Positions 8,378 through 15,924 of a stretch of 36,619 bases of DNA are shown piece after piece. The stretch is taken from NCBI GenBank assembly GCA_900299275.1, contig OMJE01000023.1, positions 1-36,619 of the forward strand, written 5' to 3'. The DNA is from a bacterium. Its GTDB lineage: Bacteria > Patescibacteriota > Minisyncoccia > Phycocordibacterales > Phycocordibacteraceae. Positions within the stretch are counted from its first letter, which is position 1, and each line of letters begins with the position of its first letter. The position numbers and the translations under genes were made by a program. The notes beneath the pieces were generated by a model. It was not told where the DNA came from. It saw only the letters and a program-made list of their open reading frames with translations, and made no database searches.

Positions 8378-9985
8378 ATGAACCTCGAAGCGCAGGCCTA
8401 TGTAGTCTTGATCGTCGCCGCATTTAACATGATCCTGGCGACGACTGTCGTCGCACAGGATGTCCGCAATCGAAGTAATGTCGCTTTTGGGTTGCTTTCG
8501 CTCACTTCGATCGTGTGGGGTGTTGGCACAGGAATCTTTTTCTTTTTGCCCGAAGGCAGCATTTTTTGGATAACGTTCTTTGCACGTTTGAATTACTTTT
8601 GCGGGGGCTTTATTCCCGTGGCGTTTCTATATTTTGTTTTGACATTTACCGATGAGAAGTCTGTTTCGCTGCGCAGGGTTGTGCTTATTTTTGCGTCGTC
8701 AATTGCGATGTTCATTCTGCACTTTTTTACAGACTTAATTATTAAAAACGCATTAATCATAGACTTATATTCACGCGGATTCATTTATGGCCCTCTAGTC
8801 TCGCTTTTCGATTTACACCTCGCCTTTTATTTCGCCGTTGCGTTCGTCATCCTCGTTACGCGGTACCGCCAGGCGACAGGGACAATGAGGCAAAACATTC
8901 CCATTATAATTTTCGGAACATATTCAGCGCTGGCCATTGCTACCTTCGGCAATTTGTATCAGCCACACGTGCTTAGAAGTTTTAACCATCTATGGTTAGG
9001 ACCTGCGGCGCTCATCATGTGGCTTCTTGCAATTGCATACTCGATTGCGCGCCATCAGCTTTTCAGCATCAAAGCAATTTCTACTGATCTAGTTATTGGT
9101 TCCGTGTGGCTCGGTATGTTTGCTCGTGTATTGATGTCTGACACCTCTACTATTCTCAGTGTGAATATCGCGTTCTTCATCGCGATACTACTTCTCGGCG
9201 CAGTGATTATACGCAGTGTTGCAAATGAACAGAGATTGAAAGAGATTCTTGAGCGCCAGGCACATGAACGTGAACGGATTAATAAGCAGCAAGAATCATT
9301 GCTACGATTTATTAGTAGGGAAGTGCGTGGATATTTTACGAAGGCCGAGGCTGCATTTTCAGGCATTCAGGAGGGTGACTATGGATCCGTGCCTACAGAG
9401 ATGAAGCAAATGGCGGGCAATGCTCTCGCGGATATTCGCACGGGCAAGAACATGGTAGCGAGCGTTCTGGATGTTGCAAATTTGAGTCGTGGCACCATAA
9501 GCTACCAAATGGCAGAATTCGATTTTTCGCATGCGGTCAGTAAAGTTGTGAACGAACTTCTACCACTTGCGCTGCAAAAGAATTTGAGGCTCATAGTGCA
9601 CCAGCAGCCGGCCGAGCCGTGCATCATTCTCGGCGATGAGGAAAAAATATCTCAGCATGTCATCAGAAACATTATTGATAATTCAATACGCTACACGCCG
9701 TCTGGATCAGTGACAGTCGAGGTGGAACGCTCTGGCAGTAATGTGCGCCTTGTTGTTCTAGACACGGGCATCGGTATCACGCCGGAAGACATGAAGCGAC
9801 TCTTTACTGAAGGCGGTCATGGTAAAGAATCGGTGCGTATCAACGTGCACTCAACGGGTTACGGGCTCTTCGTTGCCAAGCAGGTGGTGGATGCTCATCA
9901 TGGCACGATACGCGCCTTGTCTGAAGGTGCGGGCAAGGGAACGCGATTTGTGGTCGAACTCCCGCTTGCAGCAGCCCCGCACTAA
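8378..9985 (+). CDS. histidine-kinase paralogue 2 with degenerate H-box (His replaced by Arg), intact ATPase domain
   Basis: Same architecture as HK1 and HK3, but the H-box reads LLRFISREVRG (CGA 9305-9307, AGG 9317-9319). The N, G1, F and G2 boxes are intact (RNIIDNSIRYTP, DTGIGI, LFTEGGHG, STGYGLFVA). Confidence 0.85.
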   Translation: MNLEAQAYVVLIVAAFNMILATTVVAQDVRNRSNVAFGLLSLTSIVWGVGTGIFFFLPEGSIFWITFFARLNYFCGGFIPVAFLYFVLTFTDEKSVSLRRVVLIFASSIAMFILHFFTDLIIKNALIIDLYSRGFIYGPLVSLFDLHLAFYFAVAFVILVTRYRQATGTMRQNIPIIIFGTYSALAIATFGNLYQPHVLRSFNHLWLGPAALIMWLLAIAYSIARHQLFSIKAISTDLVIGSVWLGMFARVLMSDTSTILSVNIAFFIAILLLGAVIIRSVANEQRLKEILERQAHERERINKQQESLLRFISREVRGYFTKAEAAFSGIQEGDYGSVPTEMKQMAGNALADIRTGKNMVASVLDVANLSRGTISYQMAEFDFSHAVSKVVNELLPLALQKNLRLIVHQQPAEPCIILGDEEKISQHVIRNIIDNSIRYTPSGSVTVEVERSGSNVRLVVLDTGIGITPEDMKRLFTEGGHGKESVRINVHSTGYGLFVAKQVVDAHHGTIRALSEGAGKGTRFVVELPLAAAPH

Positions 9986-10034
9986 ATTCTTGTCCCAACG
10001 CCGTGTGACACGTAATCGCCTGGCATTAGATTTT

Positions 10035-10070
10035 AAAAAATGCCGCCCACAAGCCGTGGGCGGCATTTTT
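10035..10070. terminator. bidirectional rho-independent terminator
   Basis: AAAAAA-TGCCGCCCAC-aagcc-GTGGGCGGCA-TTTTT. It lies after the HK2 stop and after the minus-strand 95-aa ORF. Confidence 0.6.
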
Positions 10071-10071
10071 G

Positions 10072-10359
10072 CTAAGACCGAGGAGAGGGTTCTCGCAGGC
10101 TAGAGCGGAAGGGGCGGTCGGGCTCACAGAAGAGTCGCGGTTCGCGCGGGCCGTTCGAAAGAGCCGTACCAGCGTGTGCGCGATCGACCTGCATCCGATT
10201 GGCCCAAAGACGCAATTCAGCCTCAACCAGCTGCGACCAGACGCGGTCGGCGTCGCTGCGTGCCTGATCCTCGTTCGCGGCTGGTAGGGGGTGCAATACC
10301 AGATAGAAGTCGTCGTGACCCCTATCTCGTTTTGAATAGAGCAGAAACCATTTTGACAT
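10072..10359 (-). CDS. orphan hypothetical protein (95 aa), GC-rich
   Basis: The ORF is bracketed by promoter-like CTGACA-17-TATAAG (minus, about 10425-10453) and the 10035-10070 terminator. There is no homology signal. GC-rich DNA gives long ORFs in several frames here, so coding status is uncertain. Confidence 0.3.
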   Translation of the reverse strand: MSKWFLLYSKRDRGHDDFYLVLHPLPAANEDQARSDADRVWSQLVEAELRLWANRMQVDRAHAGTALSNGPREPRLFCEPDRPFRSSLREPSPRS

Positions 10360-10700
10360 GAGTGTGTCCCCTGTTGGTGTTTTGGTGCCTCAACGGCCTC
10401 CTTTTGTGGCGTACGTCAATCCGTGTCCCTTATAACACAACAGGGACGAATTGTCAGCGGATGGCTTCCTGTGCGCATGCATCTATTGTAAATTGAAAAT
10501 ATACTTGAAATAGTTGCGTGGCGCTTGCTTTTGCTGGGCCTGCAAGCGACCGAGTTCTATGCGATAGGTGATCCGCCGAACGGCAATCAATGTTATGCAC
10601 CCATGCCAAACGATACATATGGCAACCTAATGCTCTCTAAAGGGCTTGACGGAGTGGTAAAATAGAGACTGGTGCGGTTATTAGTATAAAAAGTCTAATA

Positions 10701-11567
10701 ATGAATCTTCATACTATGGTTCGAACGAGCGTTGTTGCAGCAGTGCTTGCACTGCCCGCACTAGCGCTCGCCGCCGGCCTCTCTGACTCGCAAATTTGGT
10801 CCGTATCGAATCTTCTGCGCTCGTACGGCGTTGAATCAACTTCGATTACGCAGGTGCAGGATATTCTCCGCACCGCTAGCACAACGGGGACCACGACGAT
10901 AACGATGCCGGGGGATAGAATAGGAACACCGCCGATGCCTCCGGGTCAAGCCGGAAAAGAAGCTTGTGTTGTGCTGACCCGCAACCTAGCTATTGGATCG
11001 CGAGGTGATGATGTGCGAAAGGTGCAAGAACTGCTCGCTGCGCATCCAAATGCTGGCTTCACGGTTACGCCAACGGGTTATTATGGCCCGGCCACAGCCC
11101 GCGCCATGGCACGCTGGCAGCAATTGAACGGCGTTGCGTCGTCTTCCACGGGCTCAGTGGGTCCCCTTACACGCGGATTCTTTGAGCGCGCTTGCGCAGG
11201 CAATCTTTCACCGGATCAAGAGGCACAAAAACCAGTGACGGGCACAATATCTTCCATTGGAAGCGATTCATTTGTGCTCACGACACCCGCTAGTACGACG
11301 GTAACGGTGATGCTCACAGCTAGCACGACCTACAAGGTGTTGCTTACCGCAGAGTCATCTCGTATAGGTACGGCGACGGATCTTGCCGTTGGTAAGACTG
11401 TAAGCGTGATCGGCATGACGAATGCTGATGGTTCGATTGTCGCGCGCAAGGTGACCATTAATGTTCTCGATTCGGCAGTCGATAGGACTCGGCCGATTGA
11501 TGATCTGCCAGGTGGCATCGAGCATCGATCGCAGAGTATGCGCAATCCGGGCAGAAGTTTGCAATAA
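10701..11567 (+). CDS. secreted protein with peptidoglycan-binding (PG_binding_1) domain
   Basis: Signal peptide MNLHTMVRTSVVAAVLALPALALA. PG-binding repeat GSRGDDVRKVQELLAAHPNAGFTVTPTGYYGPATARAMARWQQLNG. The C-terminal beta-rich region resembles DUF5666-like domains. Confidence 0.75.
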   Translation: MNLHTMVRTSVVAAVLALPALALAAGLSDSQIWSVSNLLRSYGVESTSITQVQDILRTASTTGTTTITMPGDRIGTPPMPPGQAGKEACVVLTRNLAIGSRGDDVRKVQELLAAHPNAGFTVTPTGYYGPATARAMARWQQLNGVASSSTGSVGPLTRGFFERACAGNLSPDQEAQKPVTGTISSIGSDSFVLTTPASTTVTVMLTASTTYKVLLTAESSRIGTATDLAVGKTVSVIGMTNADGSIVARKVTINVLDSAVDRTRPIDDLPGGIEHRSQSMRNPGRSLQ

Positions 11568-11586
11568 GTAGTGTCAATTCGTGCGT

Positions 11587-11620
11587 AAAAGCCCTCCGAA
11601 GTATTGTTCGGAGGGCTTTT
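11587..11620. terminator. bidirectional rho-independent terminator
   Basis: AAAA-GCCCTCCGAA-gtattg-TTCGGAGGGC-TTTT, between convergent ORFs. Confidence 0.65.
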
Positions 11621-11634
11621 GCATTGAGACGCCA

Positions 11635-11760
11635 TTACTTCTGAGGCACGACGGCGATTATCTTGCCGTGCTCGAAAACATCAGGGATAAAAATGTTGGT
11701 AACGTAATACCAGCCTGCAACCAGTGCAATGAACCCAATGCCTGCAATCCACTTGCCCAT
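11635..11760 (-). CDS. small hydrophobic peptide (41 aa), single TM
   Basis: MGKWIAGIGFIALVAGWYYVTNIFIPDVFEHGKIIAVVPQK. A perfect AAGGAG SD (11771-11766) lies 5 nt upstream of the ATG, and a terminator follows immediately downstream. Confidence 0.45.
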   Translation of the reverse strand: MGKWIAGIGFIALVAGWYYVTNIFIPDVFEHGKIIAVVPQK

Positions 11761-12049
11761 ACGTACTCCTTTTTTAAGACAGACGAAGACGAGTGCCCCA
11801 CCAAAGTGTGGTAGCGCTTCAGGTAAGGAACTCGACCCCCGGTAGCATAGCATAGACCTCATGCGCTAGAACATTGAGCTCCGTATCGCGCGTTAGTGAT
11901 GCGGACATGAGAAGGCCCCGGAGAGACCTTCTCCGGGGCCTGGTGATGTTTAGATGCAGCGACTGTACATGCGCTCCACCACAGCGCGCATATACAGAAG
12001 AGCGATTGTTCGCATGATGATGCCCACAAAGGGGCATTCGGTGGCATCA

Positions 12050-12223
12050 TTATTTGTCATACGACTCTCCCGAGCGTCTGGCGCGAAGGAACGCGCCCAC
12101 GCTCTGATGCAGTTTGTACAGTGAATCGAGAACCTTCATGAGACCCTCACACAGAAGTGAGCAGAACGGTCCCACGGTGTTGATCACGGCTCGTTTGGCC
12201 AGCAGACGGGTCTCAATGTTCAT
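12050..12223 (-). CDS. small ORF (57 aa) with strong SD
   Basis: AAGGAG (12237-12232) lies 8 nt upstream of ATG 12223. The translation is MNIETRLLAKRAVINTVGPFCSLLCEGLMKVLDSLYKLHQSVGAFLRARRSGESYDK. This is the only part of the 235-aa track ORF that is not antisense to mscL. Confidence 0.35.
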   Translation of the reverse strand: MNIETRLLAKRAVINTVGPFCSLLCEGLMKVLDSLYKLHQSVGAFLRARRSGESYDK

Positions 12224-12365
12224 TGGCGTTACTCCTTGTGCAGAGTCCACCGCCGCACAATACATCCGCCCCCCCATTCTTAAGTCTACGCCGGTATTTT
12301 TTACTGTACAGGGGGTTGCGAGTGCACAGTGCACATCTGGGTTTGTCGTAGCGTATACTAGAACC

Positions 12366-12770
12366 ATGATTCGTGAATTCAAACAATTTCTATTGCGGGG
12401 GTCTGTGGTTGATTTGGCAGTCGGCGTTGTGATCGGTGCCGCGTTTAATACGCTTATAAACGCCCTCGTGGCAGATCTGCTCACCCCGTTGCTGGCAGCG
12501 CTCGTGCATGCGCCTAATTTCTCACAGCTCTCTTTTACTATCGGCGACAATGTGATTCTGTACGGCAATGTGTTGAATGCGCTGGTGACCTTTCTTCTCG
12601 TAGCAAGCGCACTGTTCTTCTTTGTTGTTAAACCAATGAATCTGTTGATCTCGCGATCACGAAAGGATCCGGCCATCGATCCAACGACACGCAAATGTCC
12701 TGAATGTTTGAGTGAAATCCCCCGCGATGCTCGACGGTGCGCTTTTTGTACCACCATAGTGTCCGCGTAA
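12366..12770 (+). CDS. mscL: large-conductance mechanosensitive channel MscL with C-terminal CxxC...CxxC extension
   Basis: MIREFKQFLLRGSVVDLAVGVVIGAAFNTLINALVADLLTPLL is the canonical MscL N-terminus. TATACT at 12354-12359 lies 6 nt before the ATG. The C-terminus reads CPECLSEIPRDARRCAFC. Confidence 0.85.
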   Translation: MIREFKQFLLRGSVVDLAVGVVIGAAFNTLINALVADLLTPLLAALVHAPNFSQLSFTIGDNVILYGNVLNALVTFLLVASALFFFVVKPMNLLISRSRKDPAIDPTTRKCPECLSEIPRDARRCAFCTTIVSA

Positions 12771-12772
12771 AC

Positions 12773-12803
12773 AAAAAAGGCCGATGCTCCATCGGCCTTT
12801 TTT
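12773..12803. terminator. bidirectional rho-independent terminator
   Basis: AAAAAA-GGCCGAT-gctcc-ATCGGCC-TTTTTT, shared by mscL (+) and the methyltransferase gene (-). Confidence 0.65.
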
Positions 12804-12883
12804 GGCTAAGCGTACTATGCGGTTTCGCGAGGCGAGCAGACCCAGATCTTGCGCGGGGCACGCAGCACAAACCAGCCATCCTC

Positions 12884-13492
12884 CTAGTGTTTCTTAAGAA
12901 AGTCACGTGCGTGGGAGAGGTTGCGCTTAGGGTGCGCTGCTGCCACGAACGCCTGGAACGAGCGAAAACGAAACTGCGTCTCATCCGTAATCAGCGTCTC
13001 GTGACGCAAATGCGGATGCGTCAGAATGACCTCCTCGGCACGCTGTTTTGCCTTCCGCTCATCACCATCGCATGCACTAAAAAGAACTTCCGCTTCGTAC
13101 AAAGAACCTTCATGATCAGGTTCGATGAAGACGATTCGGCCATTCTTTTTGCAGGTAGCGATAGCTGCGTTGATGGCATCGACCATGCTCTCCGTGGCCA
13201 CATGGTGAAGTGACAACGTAAAGAATACGAGGTCATACCAGTCGGCACGAAGACGTGCAGATTCGATGCTGCCGACTTCAAACGATGCGTTCGTGATGTT
13301 GCGGCGCTTTGCCAGCGCAATCGCTTCCTGGTCTGGATCGATACCATTGAGGAAACGGCAGCGTTTTGCGATTTGCACCGAGCGGCTACCGTCACCACAA
13401 CCGACATCGAGAGCCAAAGCGCTCGTAAAAGAGATCTCCTGTGTCAATTTGTCCCAGAATTTTTCTTTTGCTCGAGTAATACTGATATCCAA
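12884..13492 (-). CDS. class I SAM-dependent methyltransferase
   Basis: Motif I LDVGCGDGSRS, motif post-I GIDPD, and YDLVFFTLSLHH, as in Methyltransf_11/25-type proteins. Substrate unknown. Confidence 0.8.
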   Translation of the reverse strand: MDISITRAKEKFWDKLTQEISFTSALALDVGCGDGSRSVQIAKRCRFLNGIDPDQEAIALAKRRNITNASFEVGSIESARLRADWYDLVFFTLSLHHVATESMVDAINAAIATCKKNGRIVFIEPDHEGSLYEAEVLFSACDGDERKAKQRAEEVILTHPHLRHETLITDETQFRFRSFQAFVAAAHPKRNLSHARDFLKKH

Positions 13493-13597
13493 TGCTTAGC
13501 CTCCATAATGAACTGTGACTGTACTCCGGACGGCAGTATAGCAAAATTCAGACCCGCGTACAGTAGACGTACGACAGAAGCACGGTATGGTACGTAT

Positions 13598-14137
13598 ATG
13601 GAGCCAGACGATACGCTCGTGAAGGGAGGGATTGTTGTGCTACCTACGGATACCATTTATGGTCTCGTGGCACGAGCGCAGGATGAGCATGCGGTAAACC
13701 GCGTATATGCCGCAAAGGGACGTACTTCAACAAAGCCTTGCATCCTATTGATTTCAAGAATTGAAGATGTGCGTTTGTTTGGCGTGTCGCTCGATGACGA
13801 TCTTAGAGCCCGGCTCTCTGCCCACTGGCCGGGTGCCGTCAGTATCATACTGAAAGCTGGTCCGGAGACACCTTCGTATTTAGATCGAGGTACACACACG
13901 CTTGCCTTTCGCATGCCCGCGCACGAACAGTTACATGATCTAATTGCACGTGTTGGTCCGCTCATTGCGCCAAGTGCAAATCCGGAAGGACTGCCACCCG
14001 CTGCAACAATTCAGGAAGCACAGGAGTATTTTGCAGACACGGTTTCTCTCTATGTGGATGGCGGCCGCATGACGGGGAAACCATCAACTGTTATCGATAT
14101 GACGAATGCCACGGAGCGTATTGTGCGTCGCGGATAG
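13598..14137 (+). CDS. tsaC: L-threonylcarbamoyladenylate synthase (YrdC/TsaC/Sua5 family, YrdC domain only)
   Basis: GGIVVLPTDTIYGLVA, AAKGRTSTKP, HWPGAVSIIL, RMPAH, IAPSANPEG. Started at ATG 13598, 6 nt after TATGGT. Confidence 0.8.
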   Translation: MEPDDTLVKGGIVVLPTDTIYGLVARAQDEHAVNRVYAAKGRTSTKPCILLISRIEDVRLFGVSLDDDLRARLSAHWPGAVSIILKAGPETPSYLDRGTHTLAFRMPAHEQLHDLIARVGPLIAPSANPEGLPPAATIQEAQEYFADTVSLYVDGGRMTGKPSTVIDMTNATERIVRRG

Positions 14138-14179
14138 CCCAAGCGTTTATGTGTAGAGATTTTCGCTCGAGTAGCGTTG

Positions 14180-14185
14180 TATACT
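14180..14185 (+). promoter_or_regulatory. -10 box TATACT 7 nt upstream of the HK3 ATG (leaderless-type start)
   Basis: GCGTTGTATACT-tgcgtat-ATG. Confidence 0.45.
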
Positions 14186-14192
14186 TGCGTAT

Positions 14193-15821
14193 ATGACCTT
14201 AGTGCAGATATACGCAGCGTTGGCAGTGTCGTCGATCGACCTTATCATTGCGGGAATCGTGCTTGCGCAGAATTACCGTAGTAGAACCAACGTTGCGTAT
14301 GCAAGCATGGCCGCTTCGGCTGCCATTTGGGGATTGGGCGTCGGCTTCTTTCTTCTGACGAAGAGTTCGCAGCTGCAAAATATTTTAGGTCGCGAGCTTT
14401 ATTTTGCGGGCAGTCTTATTCCAACGTTTTTCCTCTACTTTGCATTGCTTTTTAGCGAAAAAGAACCTCCTACGCGTCTAATAACAGCACTCGTTTTTTT
14501 GCCGATGCTGGCGTTCTTCATTCTATATTTTTTTACTGATCTTGTCCTGACGGGCGTTACGATTTCATCTGAGGGCGTGCGATCAGTTATGCAAGGCCCG
14601 TGGTATCACGTTTTCGATGTTCACATTTGGGGTTTTTTCATTACTGCATTTTATATTTTAGTGAAAAAATATCGAAATGTATCTCACAATACACAACAAC
14701 AAATTATAGCAATACTTGTGGGAACGTACGGTGCGCTTTCCGTGGCTGGTATCAGTAATATTATCTTGCTCTCCTTTTTTCAGAATTTTCGTTACTTATG
14801 GGTCGGTCCTATCGCGACCATCGTTTTCATTGCCAGTACTGGTTTTGCCGTAGCGCGGTTTCAATTCTTTAATATCAGAGCTATTGTTTCTGAGATTCTC
14901 GTCGTGGCATTGTGGTTTGTGTTGCTGGCGCGCGTGTTTGTCTCTGAAAACCAATATGACCTGATTTTAAATGGCAGTTTCTTTTTGGCTGTCCTTGGTC
15001 TTGGCATTTACCTTATTGGAATCATTGTTCGGCAAAATGATCAACGTCAGCGTATCGAGGAGCAAGAACATGATCTGGCGCTCATGAACGAAAAGCAAGA
15101 AGCGCTGCTGCACTTCATTAGCCATGAAATCAAAGGTTATTTTGCAAAAAGCGAGGCTGCATTCGCGGGTATTCAGGAGGGCGATTATGGGCCAGCGCCA
15201 TCGGATTTAAAACGTATGGCGGCAAATGCTCTAGAAGACACCCGCAGTGGCGCGTCCATGGCCATCAATATTCTCGACGCATCAAATTTGAAACAGGGCG
15301 CGATAAGTTATTCAAAACAATATTTTGACTTTGGGAAATCAGTACTTGGTGTCCTTACGGCGCAGCGAAAATCTGCGGAGCGCAACGGACTCGCTATCGA
15401 CTTCAATATACCTACGGATGGATCGTGCATGATGTACGGTGATGAACTAAAGATCACGCGCCACGTGATTACGAACCTTATTGACAATGCTATACGCTAC
15501 ACGAGAGCTGGCTCTATTGATGTGGCCGTAACCTGCACACCCGAGACCGTGCGGATGTCGGTCAAGGATACTGGTGTGGGCATTAGCCCTGAAGATCAGC
15601 CGATACTGTTTACTGAAGGAGGTCACGGAAAGAATGCACTCGAAACCAACGTACATGCGACAGGGTACGGGTTGTTTATTGCAAAGCTGGTTGTCGATGC
15701 TCATAAGGGCACCATAAAGGCGCTCTCCGAGGGGCCAGACAAGGGAAGCGAGTTTGTTGTTGAGTTGCCGGTTGGCAAAGTGCCTGACACCCACTCGAGT
15801 TTTACCCCGGTAGCTGCCTAA
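14193..15821 (+). CDS. sensor histidine kinase, multi-TM sensor, paralogue 3
   Basis: Collinear with HK2. H-box LLHFISHEIKG, N box NLIDNAIRYT, G1 DTGVGI, F LFTEGGHG, G2 ATGYGLFIA. Confidence 0.85.
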   Translation: MTLVQIYAALAVSSIDLIIAGIVLAQNYRSRTNVAYASMAASAAIWGLGVGFFLLTKSSQLQNILGRELYFAGSLIPTFFLYFALLFSEKEPPTRLITALVFLPMLAFFILYFFTDLVLTGVTISSEGVRSVMQGPWYHVFDVHIWGFFITAFYILVKKYRNVSHNTQQQIIAILVGTYGALSVAGISNIILLSFFQNFRYLWVGPIATIVFIASTGFAVARFQFFNIRAIVSEILVVALWFVLLARVFVSENQYDLILNGSFFLAVLGLGIYLIGIIVRQNDQRQRIEEQEHDLALMNEKQEALLHFISHEIKGYFAKSEAAFAGIQEGDYGPAPSDLKRMAANALEDTRSGASMAINILDASNLKQGAISYSKQYFDFGKSVLGVLTAQRKSAERNGLAIDFNIPTDGSCMMYGDELKITRHVITNLIDNAIRYTRAGSIDVAVTCTPETVRMSVKDTGVGISPEDQPILFTEGGHGKNALETNVHATGYGLFIAKLVVDAHKGTIKALSEGPDKGSEFVVELPVGKVPDTHSSFTPVAA

Positions 15822-15854
15822 GCTTGCACGACCCCACGCTGTGCTTGCGAGAGC

Positions 15855-15883
15855 TTGACACGTATATAGAAAATATGTATACT
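15855..15883 (+). promoter_or_regulatory. near-consensus sigma70-type promoter TTGACA-17-TATACT
   Basis: TTGACA at 15855-15860, a 17-nt spacer, TATACT at 15878-15883. It is followed by a ~35-nt leader with AAGGGAG (15911-15917) and GTG at 15925. Confidence 0.55.
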
Positions 15884-15924
15884 GAAGCGTAGATCCGCGG
15901 CAAAGCCGTAAAGGGAGAAAAACA

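Noticed and set aside
10360-10700. Riboswitch (for example the c-di-AMP/ydaO type) in the long leader of the peptidoglycan-binding protein gene.
   Set aside because: I could not find the conserved core motifs or a convincing pseudo-symmetric fold by eye. This would need cmsearch to revisit.
12321-12334. Tandem AGTGCAC-AGTGCAC repeat (each unit containing the GTGCAC palindrome) at the -35 position of the mscL promoter.
   Set aside because: It has only two 7-nt units, which is too short to distinguish from chance. It is noted as a possible operator only.
12224-12757. 235-aa minus-strand ORF (12050-12757).
   Set aside because: Most of it is antisense to mscL, which has an unmistakable family signature. 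Only its last 57 codons, which lie outside mscL and have a strong SD, are kept as a tentative small ORF.
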